NCBI GenBank assembly: GCA_035698625.1
Contig: DASSBQ010000310.1
Span: forward strand, 1 to 38,453
DNA: 38,453 nt
Reading direction: 5' to 3'
From: Nitrospiraceae bacterium
GTDB taxonomy: Bacteria > Nitrospirota > Nitrospiria > Nitrospirales > Nitrospiraceae
A program made the translations under genes and the position numbers. Positions 18,503-26,738 of the stretch are shown one piece after another (the first letter of the stretch is position 1; every line of letters begins with the position of its first letter). Below the pieces are notes generated by a model. That model was not told the origin of the DNA and searched no databases. It worked only from the letters and a program-made list of their open reading frames with translations.

Positions 18503-19708
18503 TTAATGGGGTGACGTGGTCCGCTTGCCGAACACCTGAGAAAGCCCGTCCAACAACCGGTCCACATCGCGCTCGGTGATGATCAAGGGAGGAACCAGGC
18601 GCAAGACCCGATCGCTGGTGCAGTTGATCAACAGGCCCCGGGCAAGACAATCAGCGACGACCGTGCGGGCATCAATATCCAGCTCCATCCCTTGCAAGAG
18701 GCCCAGGCCGCGCACTTCCTTCACAAGATGATGACGATCCTTGCATGCCTCCAGCCCTTTTCGCAGATAGTCACCAATGCGCTGCGCCTGGTCCAGCACC
18801 TTCCCTTCGAGCAACACGCGCAGCACGGCAAGACCGGCTGCACAGGCAAGGGGATTTCCACCGAACGTCGAGGCGTGTGACCCGGGCACGAAAGCCCGGG
18901 CGACGTGTTCCTTTGCGAGACAAGCGCCGATGGGAACGCCGCCTCCCAACCCTTTGGCTAACGTCATAATATCCGGTTCGACCTGCATCTGCTCGTAGGC
19001 GAACAATGTCCCGGTGCGCCCGATGCCTGTCTGCACCTCATCAAAGAGCAGCAGAATATCCTGTTGACGACAGAGTTCGCTCACGCCCTTCAAATAGGCT
19101 CGATCCGCAACATGGACGCCGCCTTCGGCTTGGATGGGCTCGAGCAATACCGCCGCCGTCTTATCGGAAACCGCTCCTTCCAGCGCGGCCAGATCATTGA
19201 AAGGGACGTAGGCAAATCCCGGAACCAAGGGCTCAAATCCCTTGTGCACCTTTTCCTGGCCGGTGGCCGTCAAGGTCGCCATGGTCCGGCCATGAAAGGA
19301 ATTCTTCATCGTGATGATTTCATACCGGTTCGCGCCGTATTTCTCATGAGCGTACCGCCTGGCGAGCTTAATCGCCGCTTCATTGGCTTCCGCACCGCTA
19401 TTGCAGAAGAACGCCTTGTCGGCGAACGAATGATCCACCAGTATTTGCGCCAACTGCACCTGCGGTTCGGTCAAATACAAATTTGACGCATGGATCAGGT
19501 GCATCATTTGCTTTTGAAGGGCCACGATCAGGTCGGGATGGCCGTGACCGAGAACGTTCACCGCAATCCCGCCGACGAAATCAATGTATTCCCGTCCCTC
19601 CAGATCGTAGACACGCGCGCCACGCCCTCTCGCAATGGAAATAGGCTGTCGCTGGTAGGTATTCATGAGATATTGTTCAGCTTGCCGCCGCAATTCTTCG
19701 GTCAACAT
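18503..19708 (-). CDS. argD: acetylornithine aminotransferase
   Basis: 401-aa ORF, class-III aminotransferase. Motifs GIAVNVLGH, NSGAEANE, FDEVQTG.GRTG and TLAKGLGGG (PLP Lys). AGGA 7 nt before the ATG. Confidence 0.9.
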   Translation of the reverse strand: MLTEELRRQAEQYLMNTYQRQPISIARGRGARVYDLEGREYIDFVGGIAVNVLGHGHPDLIVALQKQMMHLIHASNLYLTEPQVQLAQILVDHSFADKAFFCNSGAEANEAAIKLARRYAHEKYGANRYEIITMKNSFHGRTMATLTATGQEKVHKGFEPLVPGFAYVPFNDLAALEGAVSDKTAAVLLEPIQAEGGVHVADRAYLKGVSELCRQQDILLLFDEVQTGIGRTGTLFAYEQMQVEPDIMTLAKGLGGGVPIGACLAKEHVARAFVPGSHASTFGGNPLACAAGLAVLRVLLEGKVLDQAQRIGDYLRKGLEACKDRHHLVKEVRGLGLLQGMELDIDARTVVADCLARGLLINCTSDRVLRLVPPLIITERDVDRLLDGLSQVFGKRTTSPH

Positions 19709-19874
19709 TACAATCCTGTCCGCGTATGAATTTGCGAAGTTAGCATAGGGAGATTGTCAACACAATTCAAGGGCTTTTGGACAAATCCAGGCGAATCCCC
19801 ATGGTGCAAAGGCGGATTGATCTCCACCGGATTGCTTGACGTGAACTCACGGCAGATGGGATAAGGTGTCATCC

Positions 19875-20510
19875 ATGAAAACGTGCCCGCAGTGCCAACA
19901 GCAGAATAGTGATGAGGCGAGGTTCTGCCACCAATGCGGAACCGCGTTGGACCAGCAGGAGACGGCCACGCCTCCACCTGCTCCCACCCCAATGACCGAA
20001 CAGGATCTGTGGCGCGGCTTCATTGGGCCCAACGCCGATCGATATCTGGCCACATTCAAGAAATTTTCCACGCCAAGCGGTCCCCGGTTCGCGCTCAGCT
20101 GGCACTGGCCTGCATTTATTTTTGAACCGTTTCTCTGGTTCCTGTATCGAAAAATGTATGTCTACGCGATGATCTATGCCATCGGGCCGGTCATTGCATT
20201 TTATTTGACCCAGGATCTATCCGCGGACATTGTGTGGCGCCTCATGGCCGGCGTAAGCGCCAATTATATCTACTTCTGGCACGTCAAAGAGCAGGTCGAT
20301 GCGATGAAGAACCAGCGGGTGCCGGGCGCTGACGACCGCCACCGAATGCTCGGCGAACTCGGTGGAGTCCAGCCCTATGTCGTCTGGGTCGGCGTCGGGC
20401 TTCTCGTGCTGAAAATCGCAATGGTCATCACGATTTTTAAGGAGAGCGCACCGGAAGAATCCGATCGAGACCGTCCGAAGGTGAAGCCCGCAGCCGTCAC
20501 CCCCGTCTAG
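19875..20510 (+). CDS. zinc-ribbon + DUF2628-type membrane protein
   Basis: The ATG at 19875 is preceded by AAGGTG. MKTCPQCQQQNSDEARFCHQCG is a double CxxC zinc ribbon. The stretch FALSWHWPAFIFEPFLWFLYRKMY resembles DUF2628, and TM segments follow. Confidence 0.7.
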   Translation: MKTCPQCQQQNSDEARFCHQCGTALDQQETATPPPAPTPMTEQDLWRGFIGPNADRYLATFKKFSTPSGPRFALSWHWPAFIFEPFLWFLYRKMYVYAMIYAIGPVIAFYLTQDLSADIVWRLMAGVSANYIYFWHVKEQVDAMKNQRVPGADDRHRMLGELGGVQPYVVWVGVGLLVLKIAMVITIFKESAPEESDRDRPKVKPAAVTPV

Positions 20511-20638
20511 AAGAACCGCCATTTGTCTATCCGGAGTTCAGCCGCCCTGCGTCGGATCGTGCGGCGCATGGCCTGATCCATATCTGGGCGGGGCGCCTTT
20601 GCGAACAGCATCGCGCACCGGATTAGTCGGGGCACCGA

Positions 20639-21505
20639 TTACTCCGGCGGCAGCGGCATCTGCGTCCGTTGCCATTGAATCCAGGCGACGAACCAGGAAA
20701 AATCCTGTTCGGAGGCCACCCCGCTCAACTCCGGCGTCGATTGTGTCTGCTCCAGCTGGTTATAGGTCCGCGGCCAATTTTTCTGCCACCACGATTTCAA
20801 TTCATCGGCCCCGTAGGCTGCCCCCGTCGGCTGCGTGATGCCCGCAGCGGCGCAGAGACTCGCGACCAGCGGCCAATACCGGTCCTTTCCCAAGCCGACC
20901 GCGCGAAAGTGTTCGCGCAAGAGAAAGACCACCCATAACTCGGCGCTGTTCTTCTTGTTGTGTTTGAAGGGCTGTGTCTGGCGGAGGGGAACCGGATCAA
21001 AACTCTTGACGACCGAGGTGTAGTCCGGACCGCCGTAGCTGCCCGCGACTTCCGCGATCCCTTCCAGCATGTTCGCCAGTTCCACCTCCACGATTGGAGC
21101 GCCCGGCGAACCTTTGACGGCCTGACCGCCGACCAATGGGTTCGGAGCCGTCAGCAACTCGATGAGAGGCTTCAGTTCCCGAAGTCTTGCGACAGCGGTT
21201 TTGAGGACCTGCTGCGACTCGAGCCAATAATCAGCATCGTTCTTCGTCAAACGCTCGCGTCCCGGCGGCGGCAGCACCACAGGGACCCAATACCGCACGA
21301 TCACGAACAAGATGTAATCCAGCTGTCCTCCGAGCTGATACGCTCGTTCCAGCACCAGGTCCGGGCCGGCCGCCTGCTGAAAGAACGCATGCATCTTTTC
21401 GCGGACTCGGAGGCGTTGGCCCATATGCATCCACCATTCGCGGAACACATCCCAGGCCCGGCTGGACCATTCCGAAGCGGCCGACGTTTGATCGTTCTTT
21501 TCCAC
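20639..21505 (-). CDS. hypothetical Trp-rich soluble protein, no recognisable domain
   Basis: 288-aa ORF with a GTG start in the track. It has 14 Trp residues, no signal peptide or TM helix, and no motif I can place. The start codon is uncertain because there is no Shine-Dalgarno. Confidence 0.55.
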   Translation of the reverse strand: MEKNDQTSAASEWSSRAWDVFREWWMHMGQRLRVREKMHAFFQQAAGPDLVLERAYQLGGQLDYILFVIVRYWVPVVLPPPGRERLTKNDADYWLESQQVLKTAVARLRELKPLIELLTAPNPLVGGQAVKGSPGAPIVEVELANMLEGIAEVAGSYGGPDYTSVVKSFDPVPLRQTQPFKHNKKNSAELWVVFLLREHFRAVGLGKDRYWPLVASLCAAAGITQPTGAAYGADELKSWWQKNWPRTYNQLEQTQSTPELSGVASEQDFSWFVAWIQWQRTQMPLPPE

Positions 21506-21628
21506 GGTAGATGAGGGGACGAATGTGCGGCATCGTACCGGCGGGCCGTGTCGGATGCAAGTCGTTCATGCTTGGGCGATCTCGCCGGCATCGCGCAACA
21601 TGAGCGTATCGTCCGCTCACATCCCCGG

Positions 21629-21672
21629 TTGACAGCCGGAATAGCGGATCGCGTATTCTATGGCGCGATCCG
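21629..21672 (+). promoter_or_regulatory. candidate gpmA promoter (TTGACA-N19-TATTCT) with a 9-bp perfect inverted repeat bracketing the -10
   Basis: TTGACA at 21629-21634 and TATTCT at 21654-21659; the spacer is long at 19 nt. CGGATCGCG (21645-21653) and CGCGATCCG (21664-21672) are perfect reverse complements separated by 10 nt. Confidence 0.35.
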
Positions 21673-21697
21673 AACGATTTGGCCACGGAGGAACGTC

Positions 21698-22303
21698 ATG
21701 AGCCGACTTGTCTTGCTGCGACACGGGGAATCACAATGGAATCTTGAAAACCGCTTTACCGGGTGGGTCGACGTTCCTCTCTCGCCGAAGGGAAAGGAAG
21801 AGGCCAAAGCCGCAGGAGAGAAACTTCGCGGATACAAGTTTGATCGCGCGTTCACGTCCGTCCTGACACGTGCCAACGAAACGCTGCGCATCGTGCTGGA
21901 GGTGCTCAGCCAAACCGGAATTCCGATTGAAAAGGATAAGGCGCTCAACGAGCGCATGTACGGGGAACTGCAGGGGCTCAACAAGGCCGAGACGGCAAAA
22001 AAATTCGGAGAGGAACAAGTGAAAATCTGGCGGCGAAGCTTCGACGTACGGCCCCCCGGCGGGGAAAGTTTGAAAGACACGGCGGAGCGCGTCCTGCCGT
22101 ATTATGAGGCGCGCATTCAACCCCGCCTGGCGCAAGGCGAAACCATCATCATCGCCGCGCACGGAAACAGTCTTCGGGCGTTGGTCATGCAATTGGATCA
22201 ACTGACGCGAGAGCAGGTGCTGGAGCTCAACATTCCAACCGGAGCGCCACTCCGTTACGAATTGGATCCGGGAGGCAAGGTGCTGTCGCGGGAATATCTG
22301 TAA
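21698..22303 (+). CDS. gpmA: 2,3-bisphosphoglycerate-dependent phosphoglycerate mutase (short form)
   Basis: The ATG at 21698 is preceded by [26 protein letters not shown] (catalytic His), [18 protein letters not shown] and [10 protein letters not shown] are present. It lacks the insertion and C-tail of the E. coli-type enzyme. The tracked ORF from 21548 is an upstream extension. Confidence 0.9.
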   Translation: MSRLVLLRHGESQWNLENRFTGWVDVPLSPKGKEEAKAAGEKLRGYKFDRAFTSVLTRANETLRIVLEVLSQTGIPIEKDKALNERMYGELQGLNKAETAKKFGEEQVKIWRRSFDVRPPGGESLKDTAERVLPYYEARIQPRLAQGETIIIAAHGNSLRALVMQLDQLTREQVLELNIPTGAPLRYELDPGGKVLSREYL

Positions 22304-22336
22304 CTCACAGCCGCCCAGGATCCGAGCAGGTCCTCC

Positions 22337-22813
22337 TCATCGTTCGGCGCCGAGAATCTCCCCATAGCGGTCCAACGGAACATGGTCGACCAGAAATGCA
22401 AACACCTTGGCGCGGTCTTCAGCCGACACGGTCGCCTGGTCCTCAAGGATCGTACCGGCCTCTCGTGCAACGGCGAGATCGCCTCCCGGCTCATTTCCGA
22501 TAGGTCGATAGACCGACTCCCGCTCGTTGAATTCCGTCAAATAGTGGGCCCAGGCCCTGTCATGCTGATGGAATGTTTCCCAATCCTGCTGGACGAGCTG
22601 TGCCAGCCGGTCGAACAGAACAGTGCGGTACTGCCGTGGAATATGCGCGTCAATGGCCGCGCGTACCCAGTAGAGATTGAGAGACAGCACCTCTCTGGTG
22701 AGGTCGCGAGCTTGGTCCTCGGTGGCTTCGATCCCGTATTCCTCCAGAGCCTCTCGGGATATCGCGCGCGGCATCACCGCGTACAAGGCTTGCGCTGCTT
22801 CTTCAGGCGTCAT
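22337..22813 (-). CDS. hypothetical 158-aa acidic helical protein
   Basis: ATG ORF convergent with gpmA. No recognisable motif, no TM helix, no signal peptide. Confidence 0.55.
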   Translation of the reverse strand: MTPEEAAQALYAVMPRAISREALEEYGIEATEDQARDLTREVLSLNLYWVRAAIDAHIPRQYRTVLFDRLAQLVQQDWETFHQHDRAWAHYLTEFNERESVYRPIGNEPGGDLAVAREAGTILEDQATVSAEDRAKVFAFLVDHVPLDRYGEILGAER

Positions 22814-22959
22814 GATTCCACGATCATCTCACGTTCGCGGTCCAAGAATATCGCACCGCGCATCAACTGACAACCTTGCGCCAGACACGGGGCCGCAAAC
22901 TTGCCGGCCTCGATGCCCTGTGGTAGAGTCCGCGGCCATCGGAAAATCTTCATGCCGGG

Positions 22960-23508
22960 TTGGTATTCGACTATTTTCGCCGGAGCCGTTCGCTCCGGCA
23001 TTCTGCTGTTGATCTGCTTCCTATACGTTTGCGGCCGGGCTTCGCTCAGGAGAATCGTTGGGGCTTCGGCACGGATCTGGGGGTTTGGACGGGCACGACG
23101 GATGGGTCCGTATTTGCCTTGGGGCTCCATCTCGACTATTACCTCGACCATAACTTTTCGTTCGGCGGATTGACGCTTTTCACTCCGGCCGGTGATCTCA
23201 CACAAGTGGGGATAGCCGGCGCCGCGAAGTACCACCTCCGTTTCCCAAACGGGGTGAACCTTGTGCCGTTTGTCGGCCTCGGCCTGATTCACGCGGATCT
23301 TGACCGAGGCCGGGGAGCCGGTCGGATCGACCGAAACGATACCAGCCACTTCATTCCTCTGGGTCTGTCTCTCGAATATCAAGTCGGTCCCACCATCGCC
23401 TTTTCCAGCACGCTGATGGTGAATCCTCATCACATTACCCTCTCGCCGCCCGTGCCGGACGACAGCACAAGCGTCGCCTTACTGTTCGGCATCCGCTGGG
23501 GCCCATAA
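22960..23508 (+). CDS. small outer-membrane beta-barrel protein (OmpW/OMP_b-brl-like), N-terminus possibly frameshifted
   Basis: Alternating hydrophobic beta-strand pattern (VFALGLHLDYYL, FSFGGLTLFT, VGIAGAAKYHL, LVPFVGLGLIHA, IPLGLSLEYQV, VALLFGIRWGP) with an aromatic C-terminus. The in-frame start is only a TTG, and no signal peptide is in frame. A hydrophobic leader is encoded from the ATG at 22952 in another frame. Confidence 0.6.
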   Translation: MVFDYFRRSRSLRHSAVDLLPIRLRPGFAQENRWGFGTDLGVWTGTTDGSVFALGLHLDYYLDHNFSFGGLTLFTPAGDLTQVGIAGAAKYHLRFPNGVNLVPFVGLGLIHADLDRGRGAGRIDRNDTSHFIPLGLSLEYQVGPTIAFSSTLMVNPHHITLSPPVPDDSTSVALLFGIRWGP

Positions 23509-23643
23509 CGATCAGCGCACAGCGGTTCTCAGGCGGGCATGTGAGCGCGCCCTGCGCCGGTGTCACCGGGCGAGCGCCTCATCGGTGTGTCATTTCAGAG
23601 AGGATGACTGAATGTGATGAGGAAAGAACGGCCGCGCCGGCTG

Positions 23644-24666
23644 CTAGGCGACCTTGGCCGATCGCCACCGCAGCCCGATATGGAGCAACTCCTGCAGCAG
23701 GTCTTTATAAGAATAGTCCGCTTTCAGCGCTGACTCTGCAAAATCTTCATCATCTGCAATTTGCGGGTTCGGATTGGCTTCGAGCACATAGACCTTGCCT
23801 TCCGCATCCATCCGCATGTCCACCCGGGCATAACCACTGAGTCCCAGGGCGCGGTATACACGCTTTGCCAGATGCTGGATCCTTTCCGCGGCGCCTTCCG
23901 GCAGGTTCTTGGCTTCGCCGGACCGAATGCCATATTTCTCCTGATATTTGCGGCTCCACTTCACCCGCTCGGTCGCGATGCGGTTCGCATCCTCCGGCAT
24001 GCGGTCCATCACCAACTCCCATACGGGCAAGACTTGGAGGTGGGCATTTCCCATGACGCCGACATACAGCTCCCGCCCCTCGATATAACGCTCCACGAGC
24101 GCGCCGGTTCCCACACTGTCATGGACGAACGAGACCCGCTCGCGCAATTTCTCTTCGTCGTCCACGATCGACGCCTGCGAAATCCCCAAGGAAGCCTCCT
24201 CGCTCACGGATTTCACAATGAGCGGAAACGTCAGCCACTTGGGCCGCCGCACCATGCGATGGAGCGGCACCACCATGAATTCGGGATAGGGAATACGATG
24301 GTAGGACATGACCTGCTTGGACAAGGCCTTATCGCGGGCCAACATCAGACCGCGGGGATTGCAGCCCGTGTACGGCACTCGAAGCAACTCGAGATAAGAC
24401 ACCACGTTCTGATCGTACACAGCCACGCCGTCGAATTCCTCCAGGAGATTGAAGGCAATGTGCGGCTTCCATTGCTCCACCGCCCCGCGGATCACTTCCA
24501 GATCGCTCTTCACGCCGAGCGCGGTCACCTCATGGCCGAGCTTCCGCAGCGTGGATACAACGTCGTATTCCGTTTTCCACTCGACCGTCTGCAGATTGTG
24601 CCCGTTCAACTGCTCCGGAGGAACGAGATCCTTATGCATCAGGACGAGAATCCGAAGGCGCCTCAT
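23644..24666 (-). CDS. ATP-grasp enzyme of the D-alanine--D-alanine ligase-like family (substrate unknown)
   Basis: 340-aa ORF. LARDKALSK, PLIVKSVSEEASLGI, LVERYIEGRELYVGVMGN and ARVDMRMDAEGKVYVLEANPNP are the Ddl-type ATP-grasp blocks. The ATG overlaps the stop of the upstream peptidase gene (ATGA at 24663-24666). Confidence 0.8.
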   Translation of the reverse strand: MRRLRILVLMHKDLVPPEQLNGHNLQTVEWKTEYDVVSTLRKLGHEVTALGVKSDLEVIRGAVEQWKPHIAFNLLEEFDGVAVYDQNVVSYLELLRVPYTGCNPRGLMLARDKALSKQVMSYHRIPYPEFMVVPLHRMVRRPKWLTFPLIVKSVSEEASLGISQASIVDDEEKLRERVSFVHDSVGTGALVERYIEGRELYVGVMGNAHLQVLPVWELVMDRMPEDANRIATERVKWSRKYQEKYGIRSGEAKNLPEGAAERIQHLAKRVYRALGLSGYARVDMRMDAEGKVYVLEANPNPQIADDEDFAESALKADYSYKDLLQELLHIGLRWRSAKVA

Positions 24667-25781
24667 AATGCCACCTTATGCCGGCCGGTATGGAGATAGT
24701 TCATGGTTTGCACCGTCAGCAGGATTGAAAAATCCCATTTCGCCTGCTCTTTTGTCGTCGTCAAGCGAAGGCCGAGCGCCTGGCACCGCTCGATCATGCC
24801 TTGCAGCACCTGATCGATCGTATATTGGTACTCACCGGTCCAGTCCGCGACTTTGCGCCGAACCTCCTTCCTGATCCGGTGAAGAAACCCGGCGGCGGGT
24901 GGATTGTGCGCGTAGGACGCATCGTCCGAAAACAAGCGGCGCAAGTCGGCGTCGTAAGAAGGCACGCCTCCGATCCCATAATGTTTTCGCTTTTCGTCAT
25001 AGTGGTCCCGCAAGGTCTTATAAATGCGTCGAAGCGGATCCACCTGCTCTCGTGTCGCCACCAGCGATTCCCTTCCGGCCAACTCGCGCATGAGGGTGTC
25101 CATGAATTGCAATTTCTTCATGACCGGCCATCCCTTATACCGCTCGGTCCAGTATGATTGCGGGTCCAGCCAGACGGCAAACGTCTCGGCAAAATCCTCG
25201 TCCGGATGGCTCTGCGCATACCAGACATCGAGATATCGGACAAAACTGCGGCTATAGGGCTTCGGCTGATAGTAATCCGGATACGGCTTGGAGGATTTCC
25301 CGAATAGCTGTTGGCGGCGGCGACGGCGACGAAGGAGGTAGGCATTTTCAATCGCGTGCCCGGCTTCATGCCTAAGGATTCGCATGCACCAATCCCGCGT
25401 CCCTCCCTCCACCTCCAGCATCTCGTGTAATTCCAATTTCGCCAATCGGGGATGCGCGAGGTAGAACGGCAACGCAATGCCCGGGATGCCGTCCGGCGTG
25501 AACCATTCGTCCGACAGCCAGAAGTAGGGACGAAACCGCAATTGCCGCGCGTCCAGCTCTTGGGACAGCTGTTGGATCGGTTCCTCAAAGAAGCTTCCTG
25601 CAATACGGAGCCGAAGGTCCCGCATTCTGAGGTCCAGGAGCCGGTCGTCGGGCCACTCCGCCCATTCCGGCTCTTTGGCGGTCTCCCCTTGAACGGTCTC
25701 TGATTGCGATGTTGTACTATCCATTCCATACGGTCCGGTGCCGATCTGAAGAAAAGCGCCTGTCGAAAGCCCTTTTCCCAT
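24663..25781 (-). CDS. cytoplasmic HExxH zinc metallopeptidase (putative zinc-binding metallopeptidase, Peptidase_Mx-like)
   Basis: RILRHEAGHAIENAY contains HExxH, and the downstream HPDEDFAETFAVWL block is as I recall for that family. No signal peptide. The tracked ORF starts at TTG 25787; I use the ATG at 25781. Confidence 0.7.
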   Translation of the reverse strand: MGKGLSTGAFLQIGTGPYGMDSTTSQSETVQGETAKEPEWAEWPDDRLLDLRMRDLRLRIAGSFFEEPIQQLSQELDARQLRFRPYFWLSDEWFTPDGIPGIALPFYLAHPRLAKLELHEMLEVEGGTRDWCMRILRHEAGHAIENAYLLRRRRRRQQLFGKSSKPYPDYYQPKPYSRSFVRYLDVWYAQSHPDEDFAETFAVWLDPQSYWTERYKGWPVMKKLQFMDTLMRELAGRESLVATREQVDPLRRIYKTLRDHYDEKRKHYGIGGVPSYDADLRRLFSDDASYAHNPPAAGFLHRIRKEVRRKVADWTGEYQYTIDQVLQGMIERCQALGLRLTTTKEQAKWDFSILLTVQTMNYLHTGRHKVAL

Positions 25782-26009
25782 TCTCAACTATAGCACTCCA
25801 AAGGGAACCCGCCCAGCCTGCCAGGGGAATGGCCCCGGTGAACAAGGGTATCTCCCCGCCCTCCCGTACGTGAAACACCGCTCTTCAAGTACGTACCGAC
25901 CGCGCATGCCGCGGCCGGGCGGAACTATGGGATGAACTCGTTGCAAAACCTGAATAATGGTGATAGATATTTCAAGAGATCGCAACGCTGTGGATGAACA
26001 CAGCAGGCA

Positions 26010-26693
26010 ATGACGATCATGACGCTCACCCCTATCTTCCTGACCCTTCTCCTTCTTGCCGGAACTGCAGGCTCCGCTTTGGCGAAAGCGAATGTGGACG
26101 CTGCGCAGTGGAGAGAGCAACTGATCCATATTCTGGGCACCATGCAGGGGACTCAAAGCCAACCGATCGGCGTGGTGGCTGAAGTCGTCATCGGCCTCGA
26201 GCGGCGTGCGGACCATCACGGCACCGAAATTATTTTTGAGGAAACGTCCGGCAATTTCTCGGACAGGACACAAGGCGCCATCATGTTGGCCATCGATCGC
26301 ACCGCGCGGGCCGCTCAATTGAATCCGGACTCCTGGAGCGTTTTTCTGTCCTTCAATACACCAGGGATGACGCTGCATGGCGACAGCCTTTCAGCCATGG
26401 TGGGGCTCACGGTGGTCGCGTTGGCCAAAGGCGACACGGTGCAGTTTGACCGCGCAATGACCGGGACAGTGACGAATGACGGGCACATCGGGGTCGTGAG
26501 CGGGATTCCGTACAAAATCGCCGCCGCCGCACACGGACGTATGCACCGCGTCCTGATCCCTGAGGAAGCCGATGCGACCGACCCGGACTGGCGTACCCCG
26601 TTTCTCATGCACGTGTCTCCCGTCGCATCCGTCTCGGATGCTTACGAAGCTCTCACAGACCGGCCGCTCGTCAGCGCGCCGGTCGCTCGCTAG
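26010..26693 (+). CDS. secreted stand-alone Lon-protease-type (S16) proteolytic domain protein
   Basis: Signal peptide [44 protein letters not shown] then [37 protein letters not shown] mirrors Lon's GPSAG...AMTGEI...GG.KEK..AA.RAG...V..P. A Ser and Lys lie 41 residues apart. Confidence 0.7.
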   Translation: MTIMTLTPIFLTLLLLAGTAGSALAKANVDAAQWREQLIHILGTMQGTQSQPIGVVAEVVIGLERRADHHGTEIIFEETSGNFSDRTQGAIMLAIDRTARAAQLNPDSWSVFLSFNTPGMTLHGDSLSAMVGLTVVALAKGDTVQFDRAMTGTVTNDGHIGVVSGIPYKIAAAAHGRMHRVLIPEEADATDPDWRTPFLMHVSPVASVSDAYEALTDRPLVSAPVAR

Positions 26694-26703
26694 ACCGTCT
26701 TCT

Positions 26704-26738
26704 TTTTCACTTTTCACTTTTCACTTTTCACTTTTCAC
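26704..26738. repeat. heptanucleotide tandem repeat (TTTTCAC)x5 plus a degenerate sixth unit
   Basis: Five perfect head-to-tail copies at 26704-26738, followed by TTCGTCAC (26739-26746). Located in the 91-nt spacer between the Lon-like gene stop (26693) and the ttcA ATG (26785). Confidence 0.95.

Noticed and set aside
18480-18650. Tracked 57-codon upstream extension of argF.
   Set aside because: It overlaps the 3' end of argD in another frame. The ATG at 18479 gives a normal-length OTC 23 nt after the argD stop.
19709-19874. ArgR operator and promoter upstream of argD.
   Set aside because: On the minus strand there is a perfect TTGACA (19760..19755) and a TGAAT-containing stretch (GTATGAATTTGC on the plus strand). 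The best -10 candidates (TCGCAA, GCAAAT) are poor. Only half of an 18-bp ARG box consensus is matched, so I do not call a feature.
21548-21697. Tracked 50-codon upstream extension of gpmA.
   Set aside because: The conserved dPGM N-terminus ([12 protein letters not shown]) follows directly after the ATG at 21698, which has a GGAGGA Shine-Dalgarno. The extension would cover the promoter-like motifs.
22810-23433. 207-aa minus-strand ORF whose TGA overlaps the ATG of the 158-aa orphan (ATGA), which would suggest a coupled two-gene operon.
   Set aside because: Its translation looks random (R/E/Q-rich, no motifs). It lies antisense to an ORF with a convincing beta-barrel strand pattern. The ATGA overlap is most simply coincidence.
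23761-24699. 312-aa plus-strand ORF antisense to the ATP-grasp gene. Similar long antisense ORFs occur at 13844-14584, 15665-16387, 16792-17463, 36501-37328, 29856-30647 and 9723-10409.
   Set aside because: These are typical shadow ORFs of GC-rich coding DNA. Their translations are Arg/Pro/His-rich and motif-free. The opposite strand carries proteins with unmistakable family signatures in every case.
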